Shown here in pieces: positions 40,401 through 53,720 of a stretch of 64,000 bases of DNA. Numbering within the stretch: position 1 is the stretch's first letter; the number at the start of each line of letters is the position of its first letter. The stretch is from Camelus ferus (taxonomy: Eukaryota): positions 64,730,001 through 64,794,000 of the forward strand of contig NC_045697.1 of assembly GCF_009834535.1 (NCBI RefSeq), written 5' to 3'. Position numbers and translations under genes: made by a program. The notes under the pieces were generated by a model. That model was not told the DNA's origin. It ran no database searches and was given only the letters and a program-made list of their open reading frames with translations.

Positions 40401-43400
40401 GAGAAAGTATGATGAATAAAGGAAGTTGAAAAGGCGATAGTGTAACTCTAGGTAAGAGAGATTCAGATGAGAAATCAGTGGGATAAATGATAGACAAAAA
40501 GAAGGAAGAGCCTGAATCCATGGGCGAATGTAGGGGTTGCTATGAGAGGAAGTTCTCTTAAAATGGAATGAATCAGATTCTAATGCTCAGCTACAATGAT
40601 GACTGCTTAAGAGTCTGAAGGAAATAACGCGTGGTACTACAATAACACAGGGGGAGTTTGAAGGATTGAGGGAGCAACAAGTAATGTCCCAGACTAATGG
40701 AGGGCAGCATCTGCTTTATTACTGATAAAAGTTGGATTGGAAAACATGGGACATTGCTTAGAATGAGCATACTAGGCTTCTTAATTTTTCACCTTGAAAT
40801 TATATAGACTTCTCTGCATGTCTCAAGTGCAGCTGAACAACTCCAATATTTCCCCTTCTACACCCAATTAGGTTTTCTCCAGTGATTTTACCACAGGGTA
40901 TACTTGTGGCAAACTTGCTCAAAAAATTTAAAGAATTGGGGGAGGGGAGAGAAAGGGAGAGAGAGAGGGAGGGAGGGACAGGCAGTACCAGATCTACTCT
41001 CTATTTTGAAATCAAAAATAAGTCGCTTCTCCTTTGGTGGAGAAGGAGAGAGCAAAGCTAAGAGGTCAAACTTCTCCTTTCTTAAACATTCCCACCCTTT
41101 TTGGAACTAAGAATAAGGATTACCACTTGTAGCTTAATCTCTAAGAAGGGTCCATGTTTGATCCCAGAACACATCTGCATCTGGCAATCTGTGTAAAAAA
41201 CAATACATCATAGAATTCTTCTACATGAAGAATTTTATAATGTGATTTAAGTTAATTTTTCTGGCTGTATTAACTGTCTTCGATAGCATAGGGAAGGACA
41301 GTTTCTAGTTAAAAGCTGAGGAGTGTTGGTCTAGAGCCTTGAGCTATACACATCATGAACAAAGGTTTTTGATTAGGCTAAGATTCTATCATTTTTTTGG
41401 AGAGAACTTCAAACATAAATCCTCTAGCATTTGTATACTTTTATAATCCTCAGCCACATACAAATGTGACCTATAGGTATTTGTATAAAATGCTTTAATT
41501 TGCTTCACTTATTTATTAATTGAATAAGTCATATTAACCCCTTACATCTATTATTACTGATGCAATTTCCAAAATCTTTATCATTAACTTCTTTATCCAT
41601 CTTGGAATCATGGTGTCAGGATATCTTGAACTGAATGAGTTGGCTGTATCTATTTCAACAACAGCATATTCGACAGCATTATTCTAAACAAGAAAAAACA
41701 TGTGAAAGTTACAGGGTTAAGTATATATTGATAAACAATTAAAAACAGAAAAGTGAGGATTGCTACTGAGTAGAGTGGTTGTCCATGGCAGAAAAGCTGT
41801 TGATGAAATAGAAAAGGTTTACTTAGGTAAGTGCCATGCTGCTAGTAATAATTTTAGTAAAGATAACATATTCGTTAATGTGAGGGGGAAACCTGTTCTG
41901 ACATGCTTTATGAGGCAGAAAAATGGAAGGAGTGAAATAATTTAGAAAATAAAGAATCCATCCTAAAATAATAAATATCACATGAATCTGACTTCCAGGT
42001 CTTCTCAAGTCCTTTGAAATGTATAAAGTTCTGTACAAGTATAAAGTCTTACTAAAGAAAATTATTCCAAATTTATAGGCAGAGTGAAAAAAAACAATTT
42101 GGGAAATTATCATTTAGGGAAGTTTATGTCAGAGACATTATAGCACATCAATAAATGCTGAGATAATTTGATCAAGCAATTTGCTTGTCATCATGATCCT
42201 TGAATATTGTTAAGCTATTTATAGCTAATATAGTTTTTGATGGGATAAAAACTATGCATGGGACATTTTTCACTTCCTCTTATGCAAAATGTTTTGTTTG
42301 TTATAGTGGACTAATATACAAAAAGAAGTTATAATAAATGTAGAGATACTGTCAGTAGTTACTCAGTTAAATGATCAGTATAAATTTTCTTCTCAATCTC
42401 TAAATAGAATCGCCATCAAGAGCCTGATGATCCAATACACTTCTAGTTCTTCTACTACATACTTGTGTCATGTTGGACCCTATTTTCATATGCCTGGTCT
42501 TCAGTTTTCTCAACTCCTATCCTTTGTTTTTGATCAACCAAGTTATGGTAGATTGATTTTATTGTTTTGATCAGAGTCATTAAAGATATTTAAGAAAGAA
42601 AAAGACAGGAAAGATTAGATTGTAATTGTTTCATGAACGTATGTGATAAAAAAGCAAGGGGTATTTTTCAAAAGCAGGATAATTTTTAGATTGGGATCTG
42701 ATGATGAGAGTTGTATGAGGAGAAATTTGGAAGCATGATTTCCTTAAAGTACTAAATAAAGGAGAGTCTTGAAAGCTAAATTGAGAAATCACAGTATCTT
42801 TGATATCTTTCTGATATGGAAGGCTTAATTTGTCTGAGAGAGTGAATATATAGAGAGAATGGAAAATAAAATGTCAGATTAAGCTATGAAAAACATCTGC
42901 AGTAGAGTTTGTGTTGAAGTAAAGTAGCACTAAGACATTATGTAATAGGAGTAAATTTAGATGGACAAAACTATAAAGTTAAGGAAGAAGAGCATTCTAA
43001 GATGGAAGAGATCATTTCAGAGTGAAAGCTATAGAGATTTCAAGTAATATTTGGGATAGAAAGAAGCTTAGTTTTAATTTCATTGAGGATAGTGAGAACC
43101 CATTTCAGTAGTGTTGAGGATATTACCAGATTGCAAAAGAAATGGAGGGAAAAGAGGGTGTGAAAAATGAAGGCATTTGGCATACATGATATCTTCTAGG
43201 AGTTTGGCAATGAAGAAAAATAGAGAAAAACTTCCTAAAATATTGGAATGAAATTTTCTTAATTGCATACTGGCAAGATCTAGAGGCTTTTTATCTTCTC
43301 ATCTGTGGTTTGTTAGAAGTAAAGACGGGTTTTCACATTTTCACATTCTATCTTCTCAGATTTGGTTTCCAAGTCATGTTGAAGATGGAGTTGTCTTCAA

Positions 43401-44181
43401 AATTTCAGGGGTGTGATATTGCATAGTGGGCCACAGATGCTCCTCACATCTCTAAACCCCTTTTTTTTTTTTTTTTTTTATTTCCTTTTTCTAGTAAAAG
43501 TTTGTATTTCACCCTTCTCACTTTCCCTCAGTTGTGAGAGGCTGCTGCCTGAGCTCTAAATTTTCTGGCAGGTGGTCCTCAGGGGTGGCTGCTGTAGAGT
43601 CCCTAGGTTACAAGAATCTATTTCTCTTCTCTGCTTCACTTCAATAGTTTAAATTCTTTGGCCTCTCTGACCCATGACAGAACCTGAAGGGCACCCAAAT
43701 CTGGGCTGAGATGTGATCTACAGGGAAGACTGAAGCAGTGAGAAAGGCTCTGTTATGGACAGTTTATATGTTCTAGGGTGAAAAAAAGGGCCAATAGCAT
43801 AGAAGTATCTTGAGAAGGATTCCCTTACAAGTTATCAAATTCTGATAACAAGAGACAAAAGTAAAAGATCACTGTACATGCTAAACATTTTCCACTGTAA
43901 CTCAGTAAAAAAATGTTAAAAAAAGATTTTCCAAAGTCTAATGCCCATTTTAATGTAATCTCTATAAAGGCTGATTCCTTTTTCTTTCTCAGATATAAGA
44001 AAGACTTAACTTAAAAATGAAAAGCATATTTTAGATAATATGAAATACATGTAAATACATTTGTCCTTTAGTATTTTAACAATCATTGCACTTAATTAAA
44101 ATTAATTACGATTTATTTGAAATAAAAGGAAATTGAAGCTAATTTTTATTGGATTATTTGTTTTTCCTTTAATTTTCACAA

Positions 44182-44515
44182 TGTATTAGTGGTCTACTAT
44201 CATCTAACAAATTACCCAAAACCTCAATGGCTTACAACCGCAAACATTTATTATCTAATAGTTTCTGTGGGTCAGGAGTCTGGGTGCTACTAAGCTGGGT
44301 GACTCTAGCTCAGAGTGCCTTTCAAGGTTGCAGTCAAGTTTTCAGTCAAGGATGCAGTCATTTCAGGGCTGAATTTAAGGAAGATAGAATTCCAAGCTCA
44401 CTCAGTACGCTGTTGGCAGGCTTCAAGTTCTCACTATCTGCTGGCTAGAGATCATCACTGCCTTGCCTCATGGACTCTTCATCAGGGGTTTGCAACCTGG
44501 CAGCAGGCTTCCTTC
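44182..44515 (-). mobile_element. MLT1 (MaLR) LTR fragment
   Basis: tgtattagt...taacaaattacccaaaacctcaatggcttacaac...gtttctgtgggtcaggagtctggg. Confidence 0.8.
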
Positions 44516-45029
44516 ACTGTTTGTTGGCAAATGCTGAAATAAAACCAAATTGTCAATATTTATGATAAGTGCATGCATATTTGCTGTACACTGAGAAACC
44601 TTGATGTCTTATTCATTGAAAATATGCTGCATATAGTTTGCATAGACTCACAAGGCCAGAATTATTTCTAATTGTATTTAATTGTATTCCTATAGTCAGT
44701 CTATGTCTTATCAACAGAAATCTGAGAATCAAACTAATAACTTCCACCTGAAAGTTATCTTCATTCTATTTCTAAAACCAGCAGTGTTTCCTGTATTTGG
44801 CCAGCCCTCTCCCAAAAGCTTGACCTTGCACAGCATTGTTCCTGTGAGAGGAGGAACATCATAGATATCATCTTAAAAAAAAAAACTCCATCATTTTGTA
44901 TAATGCCATGATATATAAACATCTGGGTGGGAAATTTGAAAGAGTAGATGAAAAACAGATCAGTTAGAGAGCTATGCATGTGTCCATGTAAATGGTGGCG
45001 TCTGGGTTATAGCCATGGGGAGGAACAGG

Positions 45030-45550
45030 CTATATTTTTAAAATGTCATTCTCCTATTCAAAAAACTTCACTATCTCATTCCTTATTTTTAAAAAGGCCA
45101 AACTCCTAAGTTGAACTTTCGTGAAACTAATGGTGAGATTTTGCACTGTTTTTCTAAAAATAAATGTAAGAGGCACTATTTTTCTTATAGTTAATGCAAG
45201 AAGCATTTATTCCACCTGAATTCACTCTCCCTACCTTTTATTCTTTAAAAATCAAATTTATTCTTCAAGTCATTGCCCAAATGCTGCCTTCTCCAGTAAA
45301 ATTTTCCTGAGCCCAGCTGGTTATAATCCTCCCATTTCTGATCTCTCCATGTCTTAATTTTTTTTTCCTATTTGTTTGTTTCTTGGTGTTTTCATCAAAG
45401 GCACCATTAAATACTGCCTTTTATGACAGTTGGGTTATCTAGCTCTGTACCACCAGATCATATAGTTCTCTAGGCATTTATATTCTCAATGTCCAGCACT
45501 GAGCTTTACACATAAGGCACATTTAATAAATATTTGTCATAAGATAGATG
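45030..45550 (+). mobile_element. L2 LINE 3' end
   Basis: ttcttcaagtcattgcccaaatgctgccttctcc...cacataaggcacatttaataaatatttgt. Confidence 0.7.
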
Positions 45551-47310
45551 GAGATAATGAATCCATTGCTAGAGCTGATTAGTGCCCCTGGAGCAACTGA
45601 TCTCAAATATATTTGTTGCACAGGTCAACGGTAGATGAGACAATGACTAGTATTATATCTCTTAAGAGCTGAGTAAAACTTTTAATAACTTTATTGTGGC
45701 TGGAAACCTAGCCCATATTCATTTCAACATTAGCTGTTTTCTAGTTTTCAACATAATTTATGTACACCTTCGTTTTTAAAATCACCTAGAAACAGTTTGA
45801 CTGTTTTATTAGTTATGCCAGTTTCCATAATCTGTGAGTAAATTATTTCTATTTTGCTTAATTTAATCTTATTGTATGTCAAAACAGTTTGGTAGATGTT
45901 ATACAAGTATACCTTGATATGCTTACATTATATGTAGCATTTACTAATATATGCTTTTAAAGCGTATATATGTATAGAGCTGCTTCTCAGACATCATAGT
46001 GTCAGGTATTGGTAGGCTGGTTATTGACACCAAATTCAGTATCTAACTCTGAGGAAGGCATTCTTGTTTTTCTTCTTATTATTGTTAATTTTACCAAATA
46101 CTTTGTTATCTTCCATAATCAGAGACGTATGAATCAAAAATATCATTCTTGGAAGTTAATCCTATTAAGTCTGCTGGCTGTGCATAACCCAGAGGAAAGA
46201 TCAAATGTCTTTACATAAGTACTTATAAATTTGTATGTGAAAACAGAGACCTAGTTCCCATTTCTAACTTGGCTGCAATATTCCTACTTAAGTGAGAGGT
46301 TTTCATACAGATAGGAGAAGCCATTATCAGTTACTAAACCCTTGAGGTCTAATAATAACTCAGTCATAGAGATTGCATAGAAATTGCAGAGTGTTCATGT
46401 ATATGGAGAAACATCATCATTACCTAACAATCAATTTTAAGTTTTACCAAAATTAAGATTTTTAAAATTTAATTAAAAGTCAAAAAGAGATTCAAATAAT
46501 TACTCTTAATTTACTCTAAAAAGGAGGAAAATTTTTAGCATTTTTCTAATGTCTGTATTAGTAGAATATCTTTGGCTTTAATATCATTGTTAAGCAAATG
46601 CAATATTGAAGGGAAATGACATTTTAGGAGCCCTAAGGGAGGAATGGATCTCCTCTATATTGCATAATCTTGAAATGTTGCAGCCCTGATGAAGGACAAA
46701 TGTGGAGAAGGGAGGTGAGGGGAAGCTGCTGGATGAAATGCAGATGGACTCATACTGTGCCAGGTCCCAAAGCTAATCCTTACTCACATGCTTTAGAAAT
46801 AATCTCACTTTGGGTTCCTTTCTCCGTACACATCCTACAACCTCGGCATGGCCAAGGGAAAGCAGGAGCCAGGTGGATTTTATAATGAGGTTAATAAGCA
46901 TTAATTCTGCTCCTTTGTCTTTTGAAGCCTTTTATAATCTGGGCACATCCTTTCAAGGCAATCATATTTTATTCTTTTTCCCGAACCCACACTCTGAACT
47001 TTAGTTATAAAGGGGATTGGGTGTTGCTTTGGGAGTGAACTGCATAAAGCTAAAAAGCCCTTTGTGATTTTTTAAAAATCCTTTATTGTCTCACAAAGGT
47101 GTAGTGTCACTATATACTGTTCTTTAAATCCATTTATCTGCCTGGAATATCCTCTCTTTACCCCTTTATATCCTATTTATTTTTCCAGACCTTGTTCAAG
47201 TTCACCTTCTCCATAAAGTTTTCTAATTTTTTTACTCTACTTTCAGCGAATTATATCCTCCTTTGAAATCTTTTTAGAATATTGCCTGGCTCTTCTAGCA
47301 TAGTGTAGCA

Positions 47311-47570
47311 CAGTATTTCCCAAAATGTCTTTTGAATATTCCAATTTGAAATGGGATTTCAGAAGTTAACTAATTTGGGGGACTGTCACATGTTCCGTCT
47401 CACTGTTGGATACTTAAAAAGCACACTGGCATATCAAAGGGTTTGGAAAGTCCTGCGTTAAATAAGCTGTTCACTTTCTTTAACTCAGCATTTTTAAACT
47501 TTTACAACATTGTATCCTTGTTTCATGTAATAACTATTACCTTCCTACAGAATATGCTGGAGAAATGCTG
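47311..47570. mobile_element. MER112-like hAT-Charlie DNA transposon
   Basis: TIRs cagtatttcccaaa and ggagaaatgctg, internal gcatatcaaagggtttggaaagtcctgc, and 8-bp flanks gtgtagca/gagtaata (5/8 match). Confidence 0.7.
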
Positions 47571-47740
47571 GAGTAATAGAAGTATACACAGGTTTGGGGG
47601 CCAACTTGTGTTCAAACCTTATTTCTGTGGCTCACTAACCAATCTTGTGTTAATTACCTAATCCCTCTAAGCTTCTGTTTTTTGCAAAATGAGAAATATT
47701 TCATACAAAGTAAGTAACACAAGTAGGTTCATATTTCTTC
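47571..47740 (+). mobile_element. MIR SINE, 5' end interrupted by the hAT element
   Basis: gtgttcaaaccttatttctgtggctcactaacc...ctctaagcttctgttttttgcaaaatgag. Confidence 0.6.
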
Positions 47741-48934
47741 TTCCACAGTTTGTTTCCTTGAAGGCTCTGAAGTTCAACTGTTTCATGGAGCTTAGTGTAT
47801 TCTCTTCATGGAAGCAGAAAATACGTTGTGTGTGCGCCTTTTAAATATTAATATAATCCTTCTAGGCTTAGTTCAGCCTGAGAAAAGCTTCATAGTGTGG
47901 CTATATTATTTTGTTTACATTCAGTATTCATGGTACAAAAGATGTATGTATGTTAGAGTCAATGAAAATAATGTTTTTTGTACTAGTTCCAATTTTGAAT
48001 ACCTCATGTCACTATTTTTTACACTAACCATACAGTTGGGAGTTGGTGGGTTTGGGGCTAATTTATATAATCTCACAAATATGTTCAGCCTCCAGTATTT
48101 TGAATATAGAGACTGTAGATATTCTCACTACTGCTAATGCATACGTGGAAGATCACAGTGGACTTTGGTAGTTGGATAATTCAAAATATTTATGAAATTA
48201 TTATTTGAAGAGGTTCTGTGTTCTCTGAAAGGCTAAGTGGCCAGGCCTGGGGTACACTTTAACACAAATAGTAAACTCACTTTAAATAGGAACATTCAGA
48301 TATACCAATGAGTACCTTTATTCTGTATAGATATATGTTTCTTTTTCTCTGACAAAGTTTAGATTATAGTTTTCAAAGAAGATTCGTTTTGCTTTTGAAT
48401 CCATTTCTCACAATTAGTTTAATGATCCATTCTTGCCTGGAGGGCCTCATTTGTGAGTTCTCTCCTTGGTAACAACTGGAAATCTCCTAGGAAAGAAAAG
48501 TTGGGTTTACTCAGACTGAGGCCATTGCAATTATGAACAGGGAAAATTCAGTTTTGTGTTTTACTCTGTAGGCTATTGATGAAATTACTCAGATTTCCAC
48601 CAGGTTAATGGGCACTGAGTAACATTTAAATGATACTGCAATATTCTAATAATTTCCAGTGCTAATTAGTACAATATCAAACCAGCAGTGAACATAATTA
48701 AAAACTTTTTCTCTATTTGAACCTACGTACCATAACTTTGCAAACAACCTAATGATAGGTATTTCATTAAAGGTAGGTAAGCATAGAATTTTAATATAAA
48801 TATTTTTACAAGTTATTTTCCAGTGTTTATGGTCAATTCTCATTATTTAGCATGGGCTGCTTTATTTTCAGCCCACCCTCTGCCAAGTTCTCATGCCTAA
48901 TTGTGCCAGCCTGGAGATATGTAGGGACACAAAC

Positions 48935-49130
48935 AGGCAGTAGCCATAATGAGATGAACCTAGGCTTTGGAGTCCAATCAAGATTGCAGATTTTGGCTCT
49001 CCAACCCATTAATTTTCTTATCAGTAAAATCTACCTCACGAAAGTTAAGTAAAGATCAAAATAGGATATATATATAAAATACCTAACAGAGTGCCATAAT
49101 CATAATAGGTACTCAAATACATTTAGTTCT
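48935..49130 (+). mobile_element. MIR SINE
   Basis: ggctttggagtcc...acctaacagagtgcc...cataataggtactcaaatac. Confidence 0.65.
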
Positions 49131-52111
49131 TTTCTGTTAAATTATGCTATGGAAGCAGTTTACAGACTTATAATCGTCAATTATACATGATGTGGGCATA
49201 ATATTTATAGTTCTAAATTAGCCAGGCCAACTCTCTTTTTTCTTCACTGAGAATTGTGAGGTTGATGGAATCATTTTCCCATGACGTTGAGACTGTCCCA
49301 TGAATGCCAGTGCCTGTAGAATTAGAGCTATCAGAGTGATTTTTGTAATGGATTATATTGTAATCTCACCACCATAACTGTCCCCCACCCCAACTTTGTA
49401 ATTTAATGATTAAAAAGAGTAACTTTTTTAGGATTATGTGCCTCAGTTAAGTGTTTGGAAAGTTATGAAAATGAGAAGCTGTAAAGAAATGGAATACATT
49501 TTCTTTGCTGATACTGGAAGCACTTTTCCCACCATGACTTGCTTGTGGTATCCTTCAAGAGCTGGTAGGTGTATCAACTATTCTGCCTCAGTAAGGTGTG
49601 AGTAATGTATAAACTAAATAATCCTTGGGCTGGAAAATTGATTTTATGCTTATAATGAGTAAAAGCTTAATAATAGTAGGAATAATTTTTCCTTTGCAAA
49701 AAATAGCAGGGGAGAATTACGTATAATTCTAATCTTTCCACTACCTCTGGAATATGATTCTACTAGGAACACTGACACTCAAACTTCAAAATAGTCACAT
49801 ATAGAGACACATGCACTTGAATGTTCTTAATTTTTATTCTTTAGTGACTGCCTAGGATATTGTTCCATAATTATAAATTTCCTTTAAAATTTTTCAGTGG
49901 ATAACTAGTGAGTAAAGACAGTCAACTCATTATTTTTTGTTTCAGCGATTTAAGTAAAATTAATTATATACTAAGTATAATTGTGTCAAATTAATCATGT
50001 ATATTTGGTACCTTCCTTCTGGCTCCAACTTACTCAATTACTCTTACTTCTTTTTGTATTTTCTTGTCAACTGTAGCCTTTAGCTAGGTAGTATACCTCC
50101 CTAACTCTCTTGTTTTGTTCTTTTCTCAACTGATCCTTCTTCTGCTCTTTAAATGTCTTAATTCTACATATTCCTTGAGAATATCCTTCTCTCAGGTAAT
50201 ATTCTCTGATACACCCATGAACTCTGAACCCCTTTGAATCTCTACACTGTTTACGTCAAATATTACATATTGGATATATTACATTTTATTATGTGTTTGA
50301 GAATTTGAGAATTTGTGTCTGTCTTATATTCAGTGCTAGATTATGAATTCAGTGAAGCCAGAAGCTATGTCTGTATCATCTAATATTTAGGCTTTCTTCT
50401 ACATGTGGCAAAATAAAACTCTGTAGGACTTAGACAAAACTAAATTAATTTCACATAAGGCTAACTTTAACACAGGTATATGAATATGAATTTAATGTAA
50501 TAGATTATGTATTTACTGTTATGCACATATAAATGTCCGATACAAAAGCTGATTAAGAAAATATCCTTGCCCTTAAGAGCATGCTTTTTAATGGAAAAGA
50601 GATACACAACCACTGCATTAGTACATGGCAAGATGTAATCATAGTAGGCTGATAGACACTTTAATAAGAACAGTGAGCACTTGATGAGGGGTGAGAGAGT
50701 TCAGTTTTGGTTGGAGGAATGTGAGGTAATCCAAGGTTGTAACACTTTTGGTTGGGAATTTCATTTGGACCTATGGATTGGGTTCAGTATCAGAATGTGG
50801 TCCAGCTCTAGGAGTTCTGAGTCCTATATTTCACAGTTCACTTACAGTGATGTATTCTTAAAAATCCAAGGTAGTATAAAACATTCCTTTCTCAGTGAAG
50901 AATTAGAGAATGGGAAGAATTCTATCCCTGATCAATAGCAAAGAATAATATAAATTTTAGATCCAAAACAGTCTCTGTCATTCACAAGGCAATAGAAGCT
51001 TCACGAAAAGGGAATAAACCAACACATTTGAAATGCAGATACTTAGTTGTGAAGTATGTTATAGTTAAAATATTGAAGTCAAACCATTTGAAATTTCATA
51101 CCTGTTTATGAAGTATGTATTTTGCTAATACAAGGCCAAAAATTTATTTTTCTCAGTTCTAAAATACACCCTATTTGTCAATGTAGTTGATGAGTCTGTT
51201 CATCAAAAGCAGGAAAGGTATCCCATGCCAGAGTACATTTGCTGTCCTAACAGCAAGTGATGACCATTATAATTTTAACTTTGAAATGATTAGTTTCTAA
51301 ACCTGGATCGGACTCTAACTTTGAACTACAAATGTAGAATGGTTTTGATAAGGAATGTGGTTTTGACCAGTTATCTAACTCTTTTAGGTCCTAATTTTCA
51401 TCTTTAGATGTATAGTTATGTTACTTATTACTTTCATATGAGTATTTTGATAATATACTATGTTAGGAAATTATTAATTTTACAATGATAAATTGGTGAG
51501 GGGATTCTCTGAAAATTTAGCTTATTTATAAGAAAGATCTTCTAGGCTGGAAAACATAGACAGTATTATAAAATATGTGAATCAGGGCTGTCAATAAGTA
51601 GTATTTTTCATCTAAACAAATTTTCAGTAGTTTTTCTGTTTACTGAATTCCTGTTTGCTAGGAGCTAGAAGCTTTAAGTATTTGCCTGCTTCATGATTAC
51701 ATTTTAAGAAAACCAAACTATTTATCTCATAGAACAAATTTTTAAAACATTAAAAAATTATAGGTTTTGCCCTTAGTACACTTCATTTCTTAGTCATAGT
51801 ACTTATGCCATTGTATTACTGTTTATATATCTGTCTGTCTATCCATGTATCTATGTATTTATCTATTTAATCATTTCTGTAACTACATTGTAATCTCTGC
51901 AAGACAGGGGTGTTGGAACAGTTTCTGCTACTAGTATTTCATACAGTGGTACATACCTGGCATATGAACATACTCATATGGTGTATGTTAAAGAAAGGAA
52001 AAAAATATCCTGTATTATTCTCTCATGCTGTGTAGGCTCAGTTCTAGTTGTTCTCAGATGCTAGTGAATTAGATATTATTTTTCATATTTTAAAGAATCG
52101 AGGTAATTTAT

Positions 52112-52740
52112 TGTATTAGTTTGCTTTTCAGTGTATCCATTTACCACAAACTTGACATTTTAAAACACATACATTTATTAGTTCACAGTTCTGTATGTCA
52201 GGAGTCTGGCATGGTATGGCTGGGTTCTAGGATGTCACAAACTGAAATCAAAGTATCAGCTGGGCTGAGTTCTTGTCTGGTAGCTAGAAGGAAAAAGAAT
52301 CTGCTTCCACACTCATTCTTATGTTTGACAGAGGTCAATTTCTTGTAGCTGAATGTCGGAAGCTCTCCTTTTCTTGCTAGGGATAGCCAGAAGCCTCTCT
52401 CACCTACTGGAAGCTTCCTGTGTTCCTTGTCTTACAGCACCACCCAAATCAGAGCTAGCTACAGCATCTCAGATTCTACCCATGTTAGAATCACTGAATT
52501 TCTTCTTCTGCTACCAGCCGAGTAAGTTCTCTGCTACTAAAGGTCTATATGATTATGTCAGGCCCATTCAGATAATATGCTTAATTTAGGATAAACTGAT
52601 TTGGGACCTTAATTACACCTGAAAAATCCCTTCACAGCAATCTTAGGTTAGTATTTGAACAACTGGGAGAAGTTGTATGTGCGCTTAGGGTCAGAAAATC
52701 CTGAGGGGGGATGGGGCATCTAAGAATTCTTCCCACTATA
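52112..52740 (-). mobile_element. MLT1 (MaLR) solo LTR, MLT1E-like
   Basis: tgtattagtt...taccacaaactt...cacagttctgtatgtcaggagtctgg...gaccttaattacacctgaaaaatcccttcacagc...aagaattcttcccactata. Confidence 0.85.
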
Positions 52741-52944
52741 CTGAGGATCAAAACAAATGGAAAAGCAATTTGTCCAATGTAGAACAAGGATTTGAAATCT
52801 AAGTACAGTATTTTGTAATATTTTGGTATGTGTCACCTTTTATAAAGTTTACACTAATAACCAAGCTAAGCACAATGTTGCATGTTTCTACTGCATGTTG
52901 CCAGTTAATACAGACTCTTCTAACTTAACCATTGTTTGAGATTT

Positions 52945-53720
52945 TTTTGTTGTTGTAATATAGTCAGTTTATAACGTTGTGTCAATTTCTGGTGTACAGA
53001 ATAATAAATTCAGTCATACATATATATACATATATTTGTTTTCGCATTCTTTTTCATTATAGGTTACTATAAGATATTGAACATAGTTCCCTGTGCTATA
53101 CAGAAGAAACTTGCTGTTTATATATTTTATTTTTAGTTGTTAGCATCCGCAAATCTTGAACTCCCCATTTATCCCTTCCTACCTCTGGTAACTGTAAGTT
53201 TGTTTTCTATGTCTGTGAGTCTGTTTCTGTTTTGTAAATAAGTTCATTTATGTCTTTTTTTTTTAGATTCCACATATAAGTGATATCATATTAGTATTTT
53301 TATTTCTCTTTCTGGCTACCTTCACTTAGAATGACAATCTCCAGATCCATCCATGTTGCTGAAAAGAGCATTATTTTATTATTTTTATGGCTAAGTAGTA
53401 TTCCATTGTATAAATATACCACAGATTCTTTATCCAATCATCTGTTGATGGACATTTAGGTTGTTTCCACGTCTTGGCTATTGTAAATGGTGCTGCTATG
53501 AACAATGGGGTACACGTATCTTTTCAAATTAAAGTTCCCTCTCAATATATGCTCAGGAATAGGATTGATGGATCATATGGTAAGTCTATTTTTAGCTTTT
53601 TGAGGAATCTCTATACTATTTTCCATAATGGTTGCACCAAACTGCATTCCCACCAACAATGTGGGAGAGTTCCCTTTTCTCCACACCCTCTCCAGCATTT
53701 ACTGTTTGTGGACTTTTTCA
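52945..53720 (-). mobile_element. Younger, lineage-type L1 3' end
   Basis: T-rich tail, then tagtcagtttataacgttgtgtcaatttctggtgtacag, continuing to cccttttctccacaccctctccagcattt (end of ORF2). Confidence 0.92.

Noticed and set aside
41815..41832. Second AG|GTAAGT recursive-site motif
   Set aside because: The upstream sequence is purine-rich (gaaatagaaaaggtttacttag) with no real polypyrimidine tract.
47808..48137. 109-aa ORF and other 60-109 aa ORFs in unique DNA
   Set aside because: No recognisable domain, a composition typical of AT-rich non-coding DNA, and no coherent exon chain.
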